64,000 nucleotides of DNA from NCBI GenBank assembly GCA_951406725.2, contig OX597818.1, positions 144,150,001-144,214,000 of the forward strand. The letters run 5' to 3'. A program made the position numbers and the translations under genes. Below, one piece after another: positions 41,343-56,403 of the stretch; position 1 is the stretch's first letter, and each line of letters starts with the position of its first letter. A model generated the notes under the pieces. It was not told the DNA's origin, ran no database searches, and saw only the letters and a program-made list of their open reading frames with translations. This DNA comes from Octopus vulgaris (Eukaryota).

Positions 41343-41345
<3 letters not shown>
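41078..41345 (+). mobile_element. Young tRNA-derived SINE
   Basis: A box TGGCCTAGTGG, B box GCTTCGATTCC; CpGs retained; sits in (TA)n. Confidence 0.85.
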
Positions 41346-41378
<33 letters not shown>

Positions 41379-41556
41379 ATGTGTGTGTGCATAGGACGTC
41401 ATGAAATGTGTACAACAAAAAAATACGAAGTACACGTACATGGAAGAGGAACTATCGTTTCGAACAACAAAAGACACAAATGGAAAACAAGATAAATAAC
41501 ATAAAGAACGACCCTTCATCAGCTGTTGGGTCTTTTTCTACTCTCGTATTTTGAGC

Positions 41557-41641
<85 letters not shown>

Positions 41642-41892
41642 CATACATACATACATACATACATACACAAACATAAAAACTTACAGTTCAGTTGCTAACT
41701 GTAGAAAACATGGATAAAGAAATATAAAATAGTAAAGAAAAAGTAATTCATGTATTTCATTTCGCGTGTTACCCTGCTTACTAATCCACCTCCAGAATCA
41801 AACCTGATATTTTATAATATTTCAAATTGATCGAATAAATATTATGAACCCACCCCACAAAAGATCTTAATCTGAACATGGAAAGAAACTTA

Positions 41893-42192
<300 letters not shown>

Positions 42193-42215
42193 TCATGACA
42201 TTTTTGAAGATACGA

Positions 42216-42250
<35 letters not shown>

Positions 42251-43659
42251 CATGTAGCTCAACAGCTTGCCAGTTATGGTCAAGCCATCCAACCGACGCC
42301 AGTAATTTTAGAATATATATTCCCAAAAGTAGTACAAAAGATAAATATAATGAAAGCTAGAAATGGATCTCTAGGTAGAGGGGTGTATTGTTCCAAGATA
42401 TGCTCTTGGTAAAATCAGCAGATCGAGGAAGGGGAGAATAGGAAAGAGACTGTGAAAGTGGAGAGGTGGTTACATGGTGAGAGGGTCAGGTTTTAGTAGA
42501 ATTAAAGTAAAGGTAAACGCAATGAAATAGGTTAAAATATAAATAAAGAAATTAAGTACGATGATCATATATATATATATATCATCATTATTAATGTCTG
42601 TATTCCATGCTGGTATTGGTTGGACAGTTTAACAGGAGCTGGTGAGGCCAGGGACCACACCAGGCTCCATTGTCTGCTTTGGCATGGTTTCTATGGCAAG
42701 ATGCACTTCCTAATGCCAACCACTTTACAGAGGGTACTGAGTGCCTTTTATGTGGCATAGGCACCAACAGGGCCACCAAGTAACTTTCAAGACAAAAACT
42801 CCCTCAGCTGAGAGGGGCAGTAGTAGTGAGGGGGGTTGCTTTGTGCCAGTTGATAGATTACAGGTACAGAGGGACAGGGATAGGTGTCTTGTTGTAGAGT
42901 AGATACATGAATATTAAAGTTGAAAATGGAGGGTGAGTTAGAGAGTAAGCTAAAAAGAGCAATAGTGAGAGAGATGGTGGTGAAGATGTATTGGGATATG
43001 CCTTCAAGGGACATTATGGATAGTTAGAATATGTGGATGATACGGAGGTTTGGACTGGGTGGGTGAACAGGAATGACGTGACGGAGGCAAATGATGGAGT
43101 GAAATATAAGAGAGGCTTGGGAGGAGCAAGGGTTATGGTAGGTACGTAAGGGCATTAAGAGTGATAGCAGATAAGCAAAGCATTTAATGATAGAGAACAA
43201 CACAGGGAAGAGAAGGCATGGAAAGGACGGTAGACAGGGGAAGATAATAGGAAAAGGAAGTGGTTTACAGTAGAGAAGGAAGTAACTGACAAAGCAGGGG
43301 ACTGTAGTATGGGCCTGTTCTGCTCTCAGATGATAGAAAAATAATGGGTGCTAGAGGATGAAAGGTGAGGGAAAATGGTTGACGGGGCAGAGAGGATACA
43401 GGTGAGCATGGGACAGAGGCCCTCACAGACAGGCACTGACCAAGATGGTTTAGGATAACACTTCTGCTGTGGTGGATAGGTCTTTTTGAGTACAGCAAGA
43501 TGCCAGATATCTCGGTCCTTCATCTCCCTCATAAGGTTCAGTGTCTTGAGATAGGCCTTCAGTACTTTGTCCCATGTTTTCCTCTTTCACAAGTTCTATC
43601 CATTTTGAGATCAACACTTGTGTATGCAACTGTCCACATCCATGCACATCACATGACCA

Positions 43660-43800
43660 AACTAGTTTCGTTCCATTACTAAGCCAAACTGCATTTAATC
43701 ATTTCTCTTCCTAATTAATTGGGCTATACCTCTTCCTGTAACTTTCATGACCTGGTCCACCAAAGCTGATACTTCTGTACTTTTTTCTAAGGTATATATA
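43660..43800 (-). mobile_element. Decayed RTE RT fragment
   Basis: Remnant of DQVMKVT..AQLIR..MQFG seen at 36150-36230. Confidence 0.55.
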
Positions 43801-43964
43801 CAGGGAAGAAGTTCAACTCAGGCAGACTACGATTGGTGTCTTCATATACGGATTTAATAAAAAGAACTGTCTAAAACATATATTAATACATTCAAAATAT
43901 ATATAGAAATATAAAAATATATATGAATGTTAATGTTTTCCTACCTCTACCACAGGTTCACTAA

Positions 43965-44405
43965 CTAGTGACTGAGACCTTTGGCGATATGCTGTTCTTG
44001 AGAAGACCCATCAAGCCAAGTGAAATTGTAGTCAGGGCTGATGCTGATGTTACATAAATGGCACCCATGCCAGTGGCATGTAAAGAGCACCTTTCGAGCA
44101 TTGAATTCCTTTTGAGCGATGGGCCTCACAGACACAATAACCAAGACCTTTGGCATCATGTCGTGCTTAAGAAGACCCATCAAACCAAACAAAATTCCAG
44201 TCATGGCAGATACTGGTGTCATGCCAGTGGCACATAAATGCACCCATTACACTCTCACAGCGGTTGGTGTTAGGAAGGGCATTCAGCCATAGAAAATCAT
44301 GCCAAATCAGATTGGAGTCTGGTGCAACCTTCCAGCTTACCAGCCCTGGTCAAACAGTCCAACCATGCCAGCAGGGACAACAGACATTAAATGATGGTGA
44401 TGATA
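43965..44405 (+). mobile_element. Older RTE 3'-UTR fragment
   Basis: ACTAGTGACTGAGACCTTTGG matches 37485-37505; ends with the common terminus. Confidence 0.7.
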
Positions 44406-44427
44406 TTATACACACACACACATCCAT

Positions 44428-44465
<38 letters not shown>

Positions 44466-44989
44466 CACACATGTATATACAAAGCAAATGAAGTGGTAAA
44501 CCAAGAATCCAGAGATTTAAGGCCAAAACAGGAGCTAGGGGAGATGATGAGAAAATCTAAATGCAAAGATGAATGAAATAAGATAAAGAAAAAACAGTAT
44601 AAGATAGTATAAAGATTAAGTAAAATAGAAAATAGAATGAAGTTACATGCAAATCTATAATAGATAAGATGGAAGGTGTGTGTGTGTGTGTGACCAAACA
44701 TTACACTGATCTCACATAAAATCAATATTTCGTTCACACTTGGCAAACACATCAGTTATGTTCAACAGATGGTTTTACATTCTTTAGACTTTTCACTTAT
44801 GGAGTAATGGGGCATCTAGGTAACTCTTTGCAAAGTAACGATCAGAAATTGATTGTCTTCCTTACACCAGAAGGTGTGTGTCGTGTGTGTGTCACCTCAC
44901 TCTCAGAGAAACATCCTACAACATCCACAAACTCAAACAGCACAATGCAGACAACAAGCCCCTTCTCAATTCCAATCAAACTGACATAC

Positions 44990-45675
44990 ACAATTTCATC
45001 CTTGGAAACATCTACACACATACACACACTGGCAGAATCATCATCTTAAACACACCTAGTGGAAGCGAAAATACATTCCTCTTGGATCTTCTTCTTGCGA
45101 AGTTGCAGCATAATGGTGACCTTGCTATTGCTGCTGCAGGAATAGCCTCGACTCTTCGCGACGGTGGATGAACAGCATTGCTCTACCTTCAAATTGCCTT
45201 TCAATGTAGCACATCGGAAACAACTCACCATCAACATGAGATCACTCCTACAAACTGGTCAGCCTACAACCCAGCTTTTGGAAATGCTCCTTAAAATTGG
45301 CAATGGACAAATTACGTCCGATGACAATGGATCCATTGACATTACTTCCACTGGCCACACTGTCTCCAGCCCTGATGACTTATGTTCTGCCATTTACCCA
45401 AATCTTACAACAGAATGCATAAAACCAGATTGGCTTTGCGAAAGGGCTGTTCTTGCACCTACAAATGCAGCTGTCAACACTCTTAACTACAACTTACTCA
45501 GTCGGCAACCTTCTCAAGAATGTTGTTACAGATCAGTTGACACCATTACTGACCTCGATCAGGTTACACACTTTCCAACAGAATTTCTCAACTCCCAAAA
45601 TCCTCAAGGAACACTTAAAGTCGGTTGCCCTGCCATTCTCCTACGCAATCTAAACGCACTCACCTTGCAATGTTA
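44990..45675 (+). pseudogene. Helitron PIF1-like helicase relic
   Basis: AAAGIASTLRDGG, STFKLP, WLCERAVLAPTN, FPTEFLNS and LKVGCPAILLRNLN; internally deleted and disrupted. Confidence 0.85.
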
Positions 45676-45879
45676 AGGAAAGTAGATAGGTAGGCAAGTC
45701 AGTAGGTAGGAAAGGAAGGAGAGAAGGTAGATGGATGGATGGATGGACATACATCTAGGGTGTCCATAGCTTGCACTGGATACATCATTTGGAATTCTTG
45801 CCTACACCTTTCCTACATCGATGGTCCATCGAGCAGGACCATTTACCTGAACTGGGTATGGTCCTGCCAGTTTTCTTGC

Positions 45880-46667
45880 TGATGTTGTTCTGTCGTATGA
45901 GTCCATGCAAGCAATCCTAATGTCTGAATTGAATATTCAGTATGTCTCTGCTAAGTTTGTCCCCCACCTGCTAACCACTGAGCAGAAAGAACATCGCATC
46001 AAAGTCTGTTAAGATCTCTGTCAGCATGCCGCTGATGACCCATTCTTCATATCAAGGATCATCATAGATAATAAGAGTTGGATCTATAAGTACTACCTTG
46101 AGATGAAGCAGCAGTCATCACAAGGGAAGAGCTTTTCATTTCCATGATCAAAGAAGGCACGACAGAGCTGTACCTCAATCAAGAGAATGTTCATCGTTTT
46201 TTTTCAACGTCTGTGGTTTTGTGCATCAAGAATTCATCCACCAGGGTCAGACCATCAATCAAGTTCTGCTGTGATGTTTTGAAGTATTTGAAGGAGGACA
46301 TTCAGTAATAGCAACCAGATCTTTGGAGCACAAAGAATTGGATTCTTCAAAACGATAATGCACCATCACTGAGCTCCCCTCACTCGTGAATTTCTCAACA
46401 AAAACATGGTATCGCTTCCACACCCATCCTATTCACCAGATTTAGCACCTGTGGATGAAAATGTAGCTCAAAGGTCACCATTTTAACACTGTTGTCAAGA
46501 GCAAATTGCAGAAGGTCCTCAACTTGTGTACGGAAAACAACTTCCAAGCCAGATTCCAAAGGTGGCAGGGACCGGTGAATTGCTGCACAAGATGACTATT
46601 TCAAAGGAGATGTTAAAACTTAGGTAAATAAGTTACTATTCTGGGAACTTTTTGATACTACCTCATA
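45880..46667 (+). mobile_element. 3' part of a mariner transposon
   Basis: AKFVPHLL, KQQSSQ and HPSYSPDLAP motifs; right TIR ..GAACTTTTTGATACTACCTCATA. Confidence 0.85.
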
Positions 46668-47249
46668 AATACTACCCATAGTAACATCAATACTACATAG
46701 TATTCATGCATAAATGTCCTTAATTTATAGTATTCATACAGACATGTGAAAAATAAAAAGACAAGACTTATCCAACACAAGATCTTGTCCTCCACTGATA
46801 GTGTTATCGAGGAAAATCCATACTCCATCATAGTCAAATGCGATTGAAAGCAAGATAAAAACTGCATTAACCATGCAAATATAGAAAGCCAAGTTAATGT
46901 ACCACAGTAACAATAGGGTTAATATTTTCCAGGATATTAAATGATTGTAGGTCACACAAGTCTGAGTATTTTACCAAAGAGAACTCTTTGAATATAGATT
47001 TTAGTTAGAAAATTCTATAGATCACACGAATACCTCCAAAAATATACAGGTCACAAATGGGCCTTAAATTGAGATAGTAAACAGACCCTGAAGAACTTGA
47101 TTCAAAACAATAAAACCTTTTTAGGGTTTTTCAAATAAATATTGGCATCTTATGAGCACAGAATCCATACTAATTAACTTCTTTGATAACAATATCCAGA
47201 TTGCTTCCTCTATACACAAATCTTAATTCCCACCATACTATCATATGGA

Positions 47250-48750
47250 AACATGGTCCATAGGGCCAACCAGGAGACATTGTAGTTAATTTTCTTTGCA
47301 GCTCAATGCCAAATTAGTTTTGCTAAGGAGAACTATGATTTTTGTTTTTATTTCTGAGGCAGTATGGTTCCTTCATCTATTCTTGCAGCAATCAGTGGTC
47401 AAACCCATATATTGGTATACATTATCATGCATTTCGACCAAACGGTTATAGATGTTTCTGCAGAGGCAGTTATTATCTAAAGGACATGCATCCTTATTTC
47501 TGAAGTTGCACATTTTATTGTATGTATTATTGTTGTAATTCTTATCATTATTGTTATTAATACTGCTCTTACAGTTATTCCTATTATCACTATCATTATT
47601 ATTATCATTCAACTTGATTCAGGTTTGGTTATTCCTGGTAGAATTTATACTGGTAACGAGTTACTACTGTAACCTTAGATATCCACAAACTTTCAATAAT
47701 CTTTCGAGTGCTCAAAACTCTTTATTATTTGCATCATCATTGTCATATTCTACACCAAGTACATTCAGGAGTTCTGTTTTTGCTACCTAAGGAATTATTT
47801 CTGGTATTGCTAACATTAATATCTCATGATTCATTTCCAAGTCAGCAGATAAATTTTAGGTTATTCCTATTATGGACATTGATTTGGTTATTAGCTTGCT
47901 GGTTAAGTTTTCTATTTAATTTGAAAATGTAGTACTCTAAGGTAAGGAATGTTGTGTAAGAAAGCCTCATTGCATACCTATTAAAGATTTTGTGGTACCT
48001 ACTAGATTTAGGAAAGTATTTACCTAAAGCCCAGGAAAAAATAGAAGTGACTCTGGATGATATGTGAAGTCCAAAAATTGGATTATACACAGCTTTTTCT
48101 TACTTAATTTTTTACTTGGGTAACTAGTATAGTTCATATTAGTTTTGTCTTCCTGCTTAGTTGGATTTTCATTAAGGTGGACATTCGTTTTCCTCCAATT
48201 GTAATTGTGTGATATATCCTCACAACTTAAGTAGATCCATTCCCTATCTATACCATCATCTCTTCTATCATTTTACTTGTACTCACTATGATATATAGTA
48301 GATGCCCTAGGTCTATTAAGCACTGTGCAACTGATATTGTTTGTTACTACATAGTGAACATTCCCCTCATTAACTCTATTTGCTCTCATTCTTCCATTAA
48401 ACTTATTATTTTCTAATCATGGAACTAGGCTATAATTTATTGGTTTGAGATTCTATGAACATGCTACCAGGATAGGGTTAGGGTTTTCTCTCTATTATGG
48501 ATGTATTTAATGTTTTTATTATATCTGGCTTTAGCCGGTGCTTCATTACAGTGGTCCACATTTGACATGAATATACCCTCATTTGCAGATAATCTTGATA
48601 TCCTAGGAAATGCACCGTTTGCTATAGAGTTTATAACTGCTTTTCTGTATTTGCATGTGCACGCTATTACAAGTCTTCTGTGTCATCCAGAACAGTTGCA
48701 GTTAATAAAGATTCATATAACATTCTGCTGCTAGTCAAAGTGTCTACTGA
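47250..48750 (-). mobile_element. Decayed Penelope-like element (RT thumb plus GIY-YIG)
   Basis: RISRLSANE, YHKIFNR..LSY, CNFRNKDACPLDNNCL..IY..YMGLT. Confidence 0.75.
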
Positions 48751-48759
48751 AGCAGCTCA

Positions 48760-49250
48760 TGACAGAAATATAGCCTGTTCATGCAATCAAAGATTTACTG
48801 AAGGATCAAGAGGAATATTGCACCACAAGAGTTAAAAAAACATTTATTTTTGGAGTGATGACTATTCTGGTCAATTTAGATCAAGATATTTTTTGATCAC
48901 TTCCTTTTTAACCTCCAGATATTAAAATATTTTGGGATCATGGTGAAACCCACCATTTCAAAGGACCCTATGATGGAATGCGTGGGACAGTGAGAAGAAA
49001 AGTGTATCAAGATGTTTCATCAAAAAAAGTAATAACCCAGAATGCAGAGCGTTTTATTGAATATGCAAATCAAGTTCATAATGTGTCTGCAATTTATTTA
49101 TTTGGACAAATCAAAAATCCAAGTACATAATCTAGATGATGCAATTGGTGCTAATGGAACATTAAAAGCCATCATTAGAAAGAATGGACAATGAAACTGT
49201 AGATGTCTATTATAACTATAAGATACCATCAGAGAAAATTGTTACAATTC
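48760..49250 (+). mobile_element. Sola2-like transposase relic
   Basis: ETHHFKGPYDGMRGTVRR resembles the HGKGPxDGIGGTVKR motif. Confidence 0.5.
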
Positions 49251-49687
49251 AATAAGCAAGGTTATTCAAGAAATGAAGATAACATCACAAACGGCAATAG
49301 CAAACAACAAGATTAGTCAATCAAGAAAATCCCAGTTATTGGCAATTTAGTCATATCCAAATGTATCCTAGAGAAACCTTCCAAAACACTTCTTTTCACT
49401 GGTATTGTACAAGTTAAAAAATCATTTTATATGGTCCAGTTCTTGAAGAAAGTGGAGAAAAAAAAACCTACTCTGTTAAAGTTGAAGATAAGATAATGTA
49501 ACTATTGAGGACAATATGTGTTCAATGAGACTTTTACTTACTGCAATCAAATCATTCAATATACATTATCAAAAAAAGTCTTTTAAAATGTGTTAGCAAA
49601 GGAGTGATGTTGAAAATTTTGTTCATTATTTGGCTAGCCAGAGTGTATATTACCAAGCTTACATTGTTCAAAAGATTGTTACTTTAA

Positions 49688-49906
49688 CCCTTTAGCATTC
49701 AAACTGGCCATATTTGGCCAGAATATTCTACCTGTTTTATGTCCAATTTAACTAGATCAAGCTTTTCACACCTACCTGACAATGTCAATCTAGAAATAAA
49801 CAATCACACTACTGAAATCTCAAAGCAACAAGATAATGTTTAATTAATTAAAATAATGTGAATAAATAAAGATTACATTTGACAAAGAAATCTGAATGCT
49901 AAAGAG
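49688..49906. mobile_element. piggyBac-like MITE
   Basis: TTAA-CCCTTTAGCATTCA ... TGAATGCTAAAGAG-TTAA. Confidence 0.8.
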
Positions 49907-50471
49907 TTAAGAGAATTTTTACTTAAGATATACAGTAGTTTATTTTGATACTTTCTGTTACTTGTGCAACTGGGTGAAGTTTCAAGCTCGCAAAGCATAC
50001 AAGTGTAGAATAAAGTAACTTTCACAACAGCCTGGCAATAACAAAGGCTTCATATTATGTTTCACTGGAAGCAGTTAATCACCACACAAAAGAACACAAA
50101 AGATGCAATTTAGCTAACCTTTTTCTTCATCAATGTACAAACTGCCTAACTACAACTTGCCTTCTTAATTGGGTTTATATTAACAAATCTCAGTGAGAAA
50201 GGAGTGGGAACTAATATGTAATAACACAGAAATTACACGATTTAAATAGGATTTATACTCTAGAATATTATGCTGTAGAAGATATTTTATGCAATCACTT
50301 CATTATATCCACTATTTTGTGAAGAGCTTCCTGTTGCATGAAAGCTATTTCACACCATCTTCTAAACAGAAAATAATTCCATCTATAATACAATCTACAT
50401 TAAGTTTAATAGACAAATCTTGTAAGTGGGAATCTACAAAAACTAAGCTAAGTGTGCTGGAAAAATCAATA

Positions 50472-50770
50472 TCTTTATATATAAAAGTGAGGTTGTGTGG
50501 TGTCTGTCTCCTACGATTTAGATTCCTAACTACTCCCACATTTTGCAGTGCAGTTTAACCAAAACTGGGTATCTTATAGTTGTGATTCATATCGAGCCCT
50601 TCTGGGTATTAGCGCACGTCTACGATGAGTCTACGATTTTAAAAAAATTTACCATCATTTTTTTCCCATTTTTAATGCATTTTTTTACTATTTTTTGGCT
50701 ATAACTCTATAAAAATGCTTATATAGTTTTTTCCCTTACAAACCCGAGCAACGCAGGGCGATACTGATAG
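50472..50770 (+). mobile_element. Short non-autonomous Helitron-like element
   Basis: A|TC start, subterminal hairpin CCCGAGCAACGCAGGG, near-CTAG end (ATAG|T). Confidence 0.65.
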
Positions 50771-52214
50771 TTAAGTATAAATCTAGGATATAGAACTGTT
50801 TCTTGTTCATACTTCACAAATCAGGGAGATTTTGTTTGAAACCTGGTGCAGAAATAATGGCTGATTCTCTGATCCATCCTTAATAGTCAATTATTCTGCA
50901 AAATACACTAAAAGGGAGGGAGGTGGCAATTATTTTGCAACCCACATTTTAAAGTCCTCGTGTAAGGTTTTTATTGCATTTAGTATTTGGTCCAGGTAGA
51001 GTGAGAGTACAAAGAATTCTTCACACATGTCTTCTGGTTTCTGTCTGTAACAAAATCATGTTTTTCTATATTCCTCATATACACACATACATATATATAG
51101 TTCAAATTTACAAAACAACAAAAGACGAAGACAGGTGTAGGAACAACAAAGCAGGTGTATTACTTTAACACACACGAAAAATGGAAAAGTATTTTACGTT
51201 TTGAGCCTATGCTCTTCAGCAGAAAGAAATAAGAAGGGAAAATGGAGAGAGAATGGAAAAAACACAAACACACACATACATATATGTACACTTAATACAA
51301 ATAAATATATACATTTTAGCTCTCTTTTTTATCTTCTTTCTTCTCTTCCCACTTTTTTCTGGAATCTTCTCTACTCCAAAGAAGGACTAGGCCGAGCACA
51401 TAATACAATTTACTATTCCCATGATTCCTTGAGCACCAAATTAATCATATTGATTGTGAACATCTCCTGTACTTTCCTATTATCACATGCTCACATGGAC
51501 CTTCAATATTTATTAAAATTTATTTGAGTACATTTATTCTCAGAGTACCTAAACCATGGATACCATTGGTTTACCATCTAGGATTACATCAGATCTTCAC
51601 CCTTAACTGTTGATCACAATTTTTCCTCAACACATCTGTCATCTTTCTTTTTCCTCTAGTCTTGTTCCTTACTTCCATTTCTCTACTATACTCCTCTTAA
51701 CCGTTTCACACCATCACCATGCCAGACCTTCAGTTTTCCTCAAGACTCACTCAATACTTCTCCATCTTCCTACACCATTGCTTGGAGACCTCAAGACACC
51801 TCTCACAACTGTTCTTTAGAAAATACCTGCTAGTCCAACCATATTTCCTTTCTAAGTCACTGTCTTCCCACCAACTTATCTCCTTGTAGATTCCACTTAA
51901 AGTTCAATACTACCCTGTACTCTTCCTGTGAGAGGCATTGTGTGAGCATGTATATGTGAGTGAGTTTAGTCCCATTATTGGACACATTAGGCAAAGGTCT
52001 TCTATTATAGGGCCATTCAAAGACATGAGTGGATTTGGTAAACCAAAACTGAAAGGGGCCCATTGTATGTGGCATTAGGAAGGGCATCCAGCCATAGAAA
52101 CCATGTCAAATCAGACTGGAGTCTGATGCAGCTCCCCAGCTCTCGTTAAACCATCCAACCTGTGGCAGACCTGAACAACATACATTAAATGATGATAATG
52201 ATGATTATATATAT

Positions 52215-52365
52215 AATGGAGTGGTTGGCATTAGGAAGGGCATCCAGCTGTAGAAACACTGCCAGATCAGACTGGGCCTGGTGCAGCCTCCTGGCTTCCC
52301 AGATCCCAGTCAAACCGTCCAAGCCATACTAGCATGGAAAGTGGACATTAAACGATGATGATGAT
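52215..52365 (+). mobile_element. RTE LINE 3'-end fragment, with an older copy directly upstream at 52070-52205
   Basis: Common terminus plus (GAT)n. Confidence 0.8.
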
Positions 52366-52816
52366 TGATATATATATAAAAAAAAATAGGTGAAAATGTA
52401 TAAAAACATTAAGAGAATTATTGTAATCTTTTAAGACAGATTACAATAATTTTCTTAATGTTATGGTCCATTTTCACCTATTTTTTGTTTAAATTACACT
52501 ACATGTACAGAAACTTCTAACCATTTTACACAATACACACACATATATGTTAGTGTGTGAGAGAGGGTGTTAGTGTCTCCCTGTTGTGATCGAGTGAAGG
52601 TTGTAAATGAACATCATTATCAGACAATGTCCTACATTTTTAATCTTCCATGAAAGCCTGACCAGCCATGAGGAAATATTACTTTACATGGAAGAAAGTA
52701 AAGGATGGTGAGAGGAAGGTATCTGGCTGTAGAAAATCTGCTTCAACAAACTCTGTCCAACCCATGCAATTATGGAAAAGTGGATGTTAAAATGATAATA
52801 ATGTGTGTGTGCGAGT

Positions 52817-53614
52817 GAGTGGTTTGATCAATAAGTATCCAAAATGTTGCTATAGTAACAAAGCTAAAGCATGGAGAATAAACCCACTTGATACAGATTG
52901 ACTTTGAACACTGCTGTGCATGTGCACTAAGTTTTACCCTTCTATCTCACTTCCGCTGTTTACAGCAATGCTTGGAAGGAAGGTGTGTAGCATGAGATCA
53001 TCGCATTGACAATGAAAGAAAAAGTTCAGCAGAGAATCTGCATCAAATTTTACCAAAAGCTTAGTGATACCTCGTCACAATCAGTGAGGTCTTGTGCAAC
53101 TGAAACCCAAGCGTCTTTTTGGTCAGCTAAAAGCAGTTTTGGTACAAACTTGGCAGACGCACACCTCATATCAAAATCTTCACTGATAATGGATTGAACT
53201 GAACCATAACTAATCTGTACAACCTCTGATAACTCACAGATGGTAATTTGACAATTTCCCCTCACAGCTACAAGCACACCTGCAATGTTTCTCTCAGTTC
53301 TGTCAATATTGACATTTTTTCAGCCATCATGGAAATGTCTGAATCATTCGCACACTTGTGTGCAGCTCATACACTTTCTGCAATTTTGTATAGGCCTCTG
53401 AGCAGGTATCGTCATGACAACTTCCTCTTTTATGGTCACGCTACACACCTTCCTTCTAAGCACTGCTGTAAACAGTGGAAGTGAGCTAGAATGTTAAAAC
53501 TTGGTGCGCATGAATAGCAGACTTCAAGGTCAATCTGTGTCGTGTGGCTTCACTCTGCATGCTTTAGCTTTGTTACTATGGCAACAGTCCGGATACTTAT
53601 TGACCAGACCTCAT
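52817..53614. mobile_element. Rearranged mariner element with two 5' ends forming long inverted repeats
   Basis: TIR GGTTTGATCAATAAGTATCC / GGATACTTATTGACCAGACC; + strand MTMKEKVQQRICIKF; - strand ITICELSE..AKFVPKLL. Confidence 0.8.
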
Positions 53615-53619
53615 ATATA

Positions 53620-54720
53620 CATATGGTGGTCACTGAAGAAGGTAGAAGTCGACAGGTGGTTGATGAGAGCCATTCAAGTTATGTCCATGAGTGTTGTCAG
53701 TAAGGTGAGAATTAGCAAAGAATACAACAAATTTAGTGTGCAGGCAGGAGTTCCCCAGGATTCAGTTCTCAATCCTCTCCAATCCATCTTCGTCTTTCAG
53801 GCCATAAAAGAGGAGTTTAGGACCAGTTGCTATTGGGAACTCCTCTATGCTGATGACCTTGTTCTTACAGCAGAATCTATAGTTGACTTAGAAAAAATTC
53901 CAGATGTAGAAGCAAAACATGGAATCAAAGGTCTTAAACTTTCAAAGACCAAAATTCTAGTAAGCAGAAAAACTGACAGGAAACTACTCCCTACAAATCA
54001 GACAGGGAAACTATTCCTGGTATGTAGAAAAGTGTAGGTAGAAATTGCATTGTTACCCAGTACAATCTATAGACACAGGTAAACTAGCAGAGAAAGTAAC
54101 CTTTGTATGTAGCAGATGAGCAGGTGCAAGAAACACTTACAGCTCATGAAAATTGATTTCTTCAAATGCCTGTAAAGATCCCTAGAGGTAGTAGTTTCTG
54201 TTACCTAAGGAAACTAATTAGCAGTAGAGGAGAGTGTTCTGAAAGTATAGATGCTAGAATAAGAATAGGAAGGAGAAAGTTCAGAGTTATTACTTCTGTT
54301 GATAACAAACAGCTTCTCAAAGCAAAGTGCATATTGTTCGATACTTCCATACAAACAACCGTGCTAAATAGTAGTGAGATGTGGACCATGAATGCAAAAG
54401 ACACATAACTAGAAAGTAATGAAGCTAGTGTTCTCCACTGAAAGTGTAATATCAGTGTGCATGTACAACACACTGCAAAAGCATTGAGTAGAAAATTGGG
54501 CATAAGAGGAATCAGATGTAGTGTGCAAGAGAGAGAAGATTGCACTAATAAGACCATATGTGTATGGATGAGGACACCTGCATAAAGCTATACTAACTGC
54601 TGTAGATTAAACTTGTAGAGGCCTGTCCAAGAAAAGACAGAACAAAGTAGTGAAGACTGACCTCAGGACATTGAGTCTCACAGGAGAGATGACAAAAGAC
54701 CAAGATGTTTCCTTGTACTC
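53620..54720 (+). mobile_element. Decayed RTE LINE 3' half
   Basis: WWSLKK..WELLYADDLVL..SEMW; colinear with 36368-37500. Confidence 0.88.
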
Positions 54721-56403
54721 AAGATCTGGCCACCTGAGCAAAAACCAGACACTGAAAGTGAATTGTTTATGTCTATGCCTCTGTACCCAATTTGTTCCTG
54801 TTGTGCCTTCCGTATATGTCTCCCTAAGAACCATCTAACCACAGAACTATTCATTCAGCTGCTATGATTATGAGAACTTACATTCCATTCCCATTTCTGC
54901 TACAAGTTATCTCTTCTCTTCTTGCAACCATTTCCTTTCTGCTAAGCAGCCAGCATTCTCAGTATCAGCCTTTTACTCTTTCCCACTGACCACCCATTTC
55001 CCTTGAGTTGCATCTTTCTCTTTTCTCTTATATTCACCTTATACTATCATCTTTTTCTCTCTTTCCAGCTGGAGTGGCCATGTATCTCCTCTACAGGAAG
55101 ATAACTGTTACGGCCCGTCCATCATATTTTATTAATCAACGCCTGGCACACACCCTCATCCCTCTCTACAACACCGTCGTCTTAGTTAACTCTTACAAGT
55201 TTCTTGGTGACTTCACAGGTGCCCAGTATCACAGAAGAACCACCCAAAACATTTTGTAAAGTAGTTAGCGTTAAGAAGAGAATCCTTTTGTAGAAATCAT
55301 GCCAAAGCAAACTTTGGACTTATAACTGGCTCGTCAGATCATGTCGAACCATTCATCTTATGCCAGCATGAAAGATGGACGTTAAATAATGACTATATAT
55401 AGTGTCATAAACCAGTTGAAAGACGGATTTTATTCAAACTTTATTCTGCTCACCGTCTAATCCGTTAGTCACCGGTATCCAACGATTATGACACATTGTT
55501 TTACATTAGATAAAGACAGTGTTCATCTACCAACGACATTCGACACTATGCCACACTTTCGTACTCAATACAAAAGAAGATATCTATATTTCTATCTATT
55601 ATTTACTATTGTAGAAAGGAATTAATGATAGGTTATAATTCATAACTATGTATATAATATATATTAATAGTATTTGTTTATACAGCATTTATTTAAATAA
55701 TATATATACACACACATACAATAATGGCAATTTTTCGTCTCTAGTAGACCTTTCCGTCGATTTCCGTAAAAAAATTTTTTTTTTTTTACATATGGGCTTG
55801 CGGGAACGTTTGAAGTAATGAGAGCAAGATCGCAACAATAATTAGAGAAGGAGAGAGTATGTGTAATTATTGTTTTATATAGAGAGAGCGTGTTTCTATG
55901 GTGTTTTATATGTGAGAGAGAAGCGAGAGAAGATGCATATTCATTGTTTATAGATAATGTCGAAAGAAAGAATTTTGCGAAAGATAGACCAAAGCTTAGA
56001 AAATTTTTTTACATTCCTTGAGATGCTACGAAGCATAAATGGGAGCGTTTGCAGACTTCGGTATTCTCCGACCAAACGATTTAGCTTTAAACAAAGAAAT
56101 ATGTATTGTATTTCGAGATGGTTGCCAAATAAACTGACGCACAAAAGTGCATGAGTTTTTTTAGTTTATTTAGAAAGGATAAAATGACCATTCCGAAAGA
56201 TATAAATTTGTCTGTTTTAACACAGAATCTTACAGAACAAATTCATAAACATAAATTTTAAGATGACTGGGATTAGGGTTGGGTTTAGTGTTACTGTTAA
56301 GGTTTAGGGTTAGTTTAGTGGTTTTTGTTAGGTCGATAAGTACAGAGGGGAATTATTCAGGTAAACCAAACAATGAGAGAAAGAATACAATCATAATACT
56401 TAC

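Noticed and set aside
41445-41530. CTGATGA..GAAAC motif on the minus strand (related copy at about 40380-40450)
   Set aside because: Convincing stems I-III could not be drawn; not called a hammerhead.
56270-56320. TTAGGG-like hexamers (also near 34410 and 48475)
   Set aside because: Only one to three degenerate units within repeats; not an interstitial telomere array.
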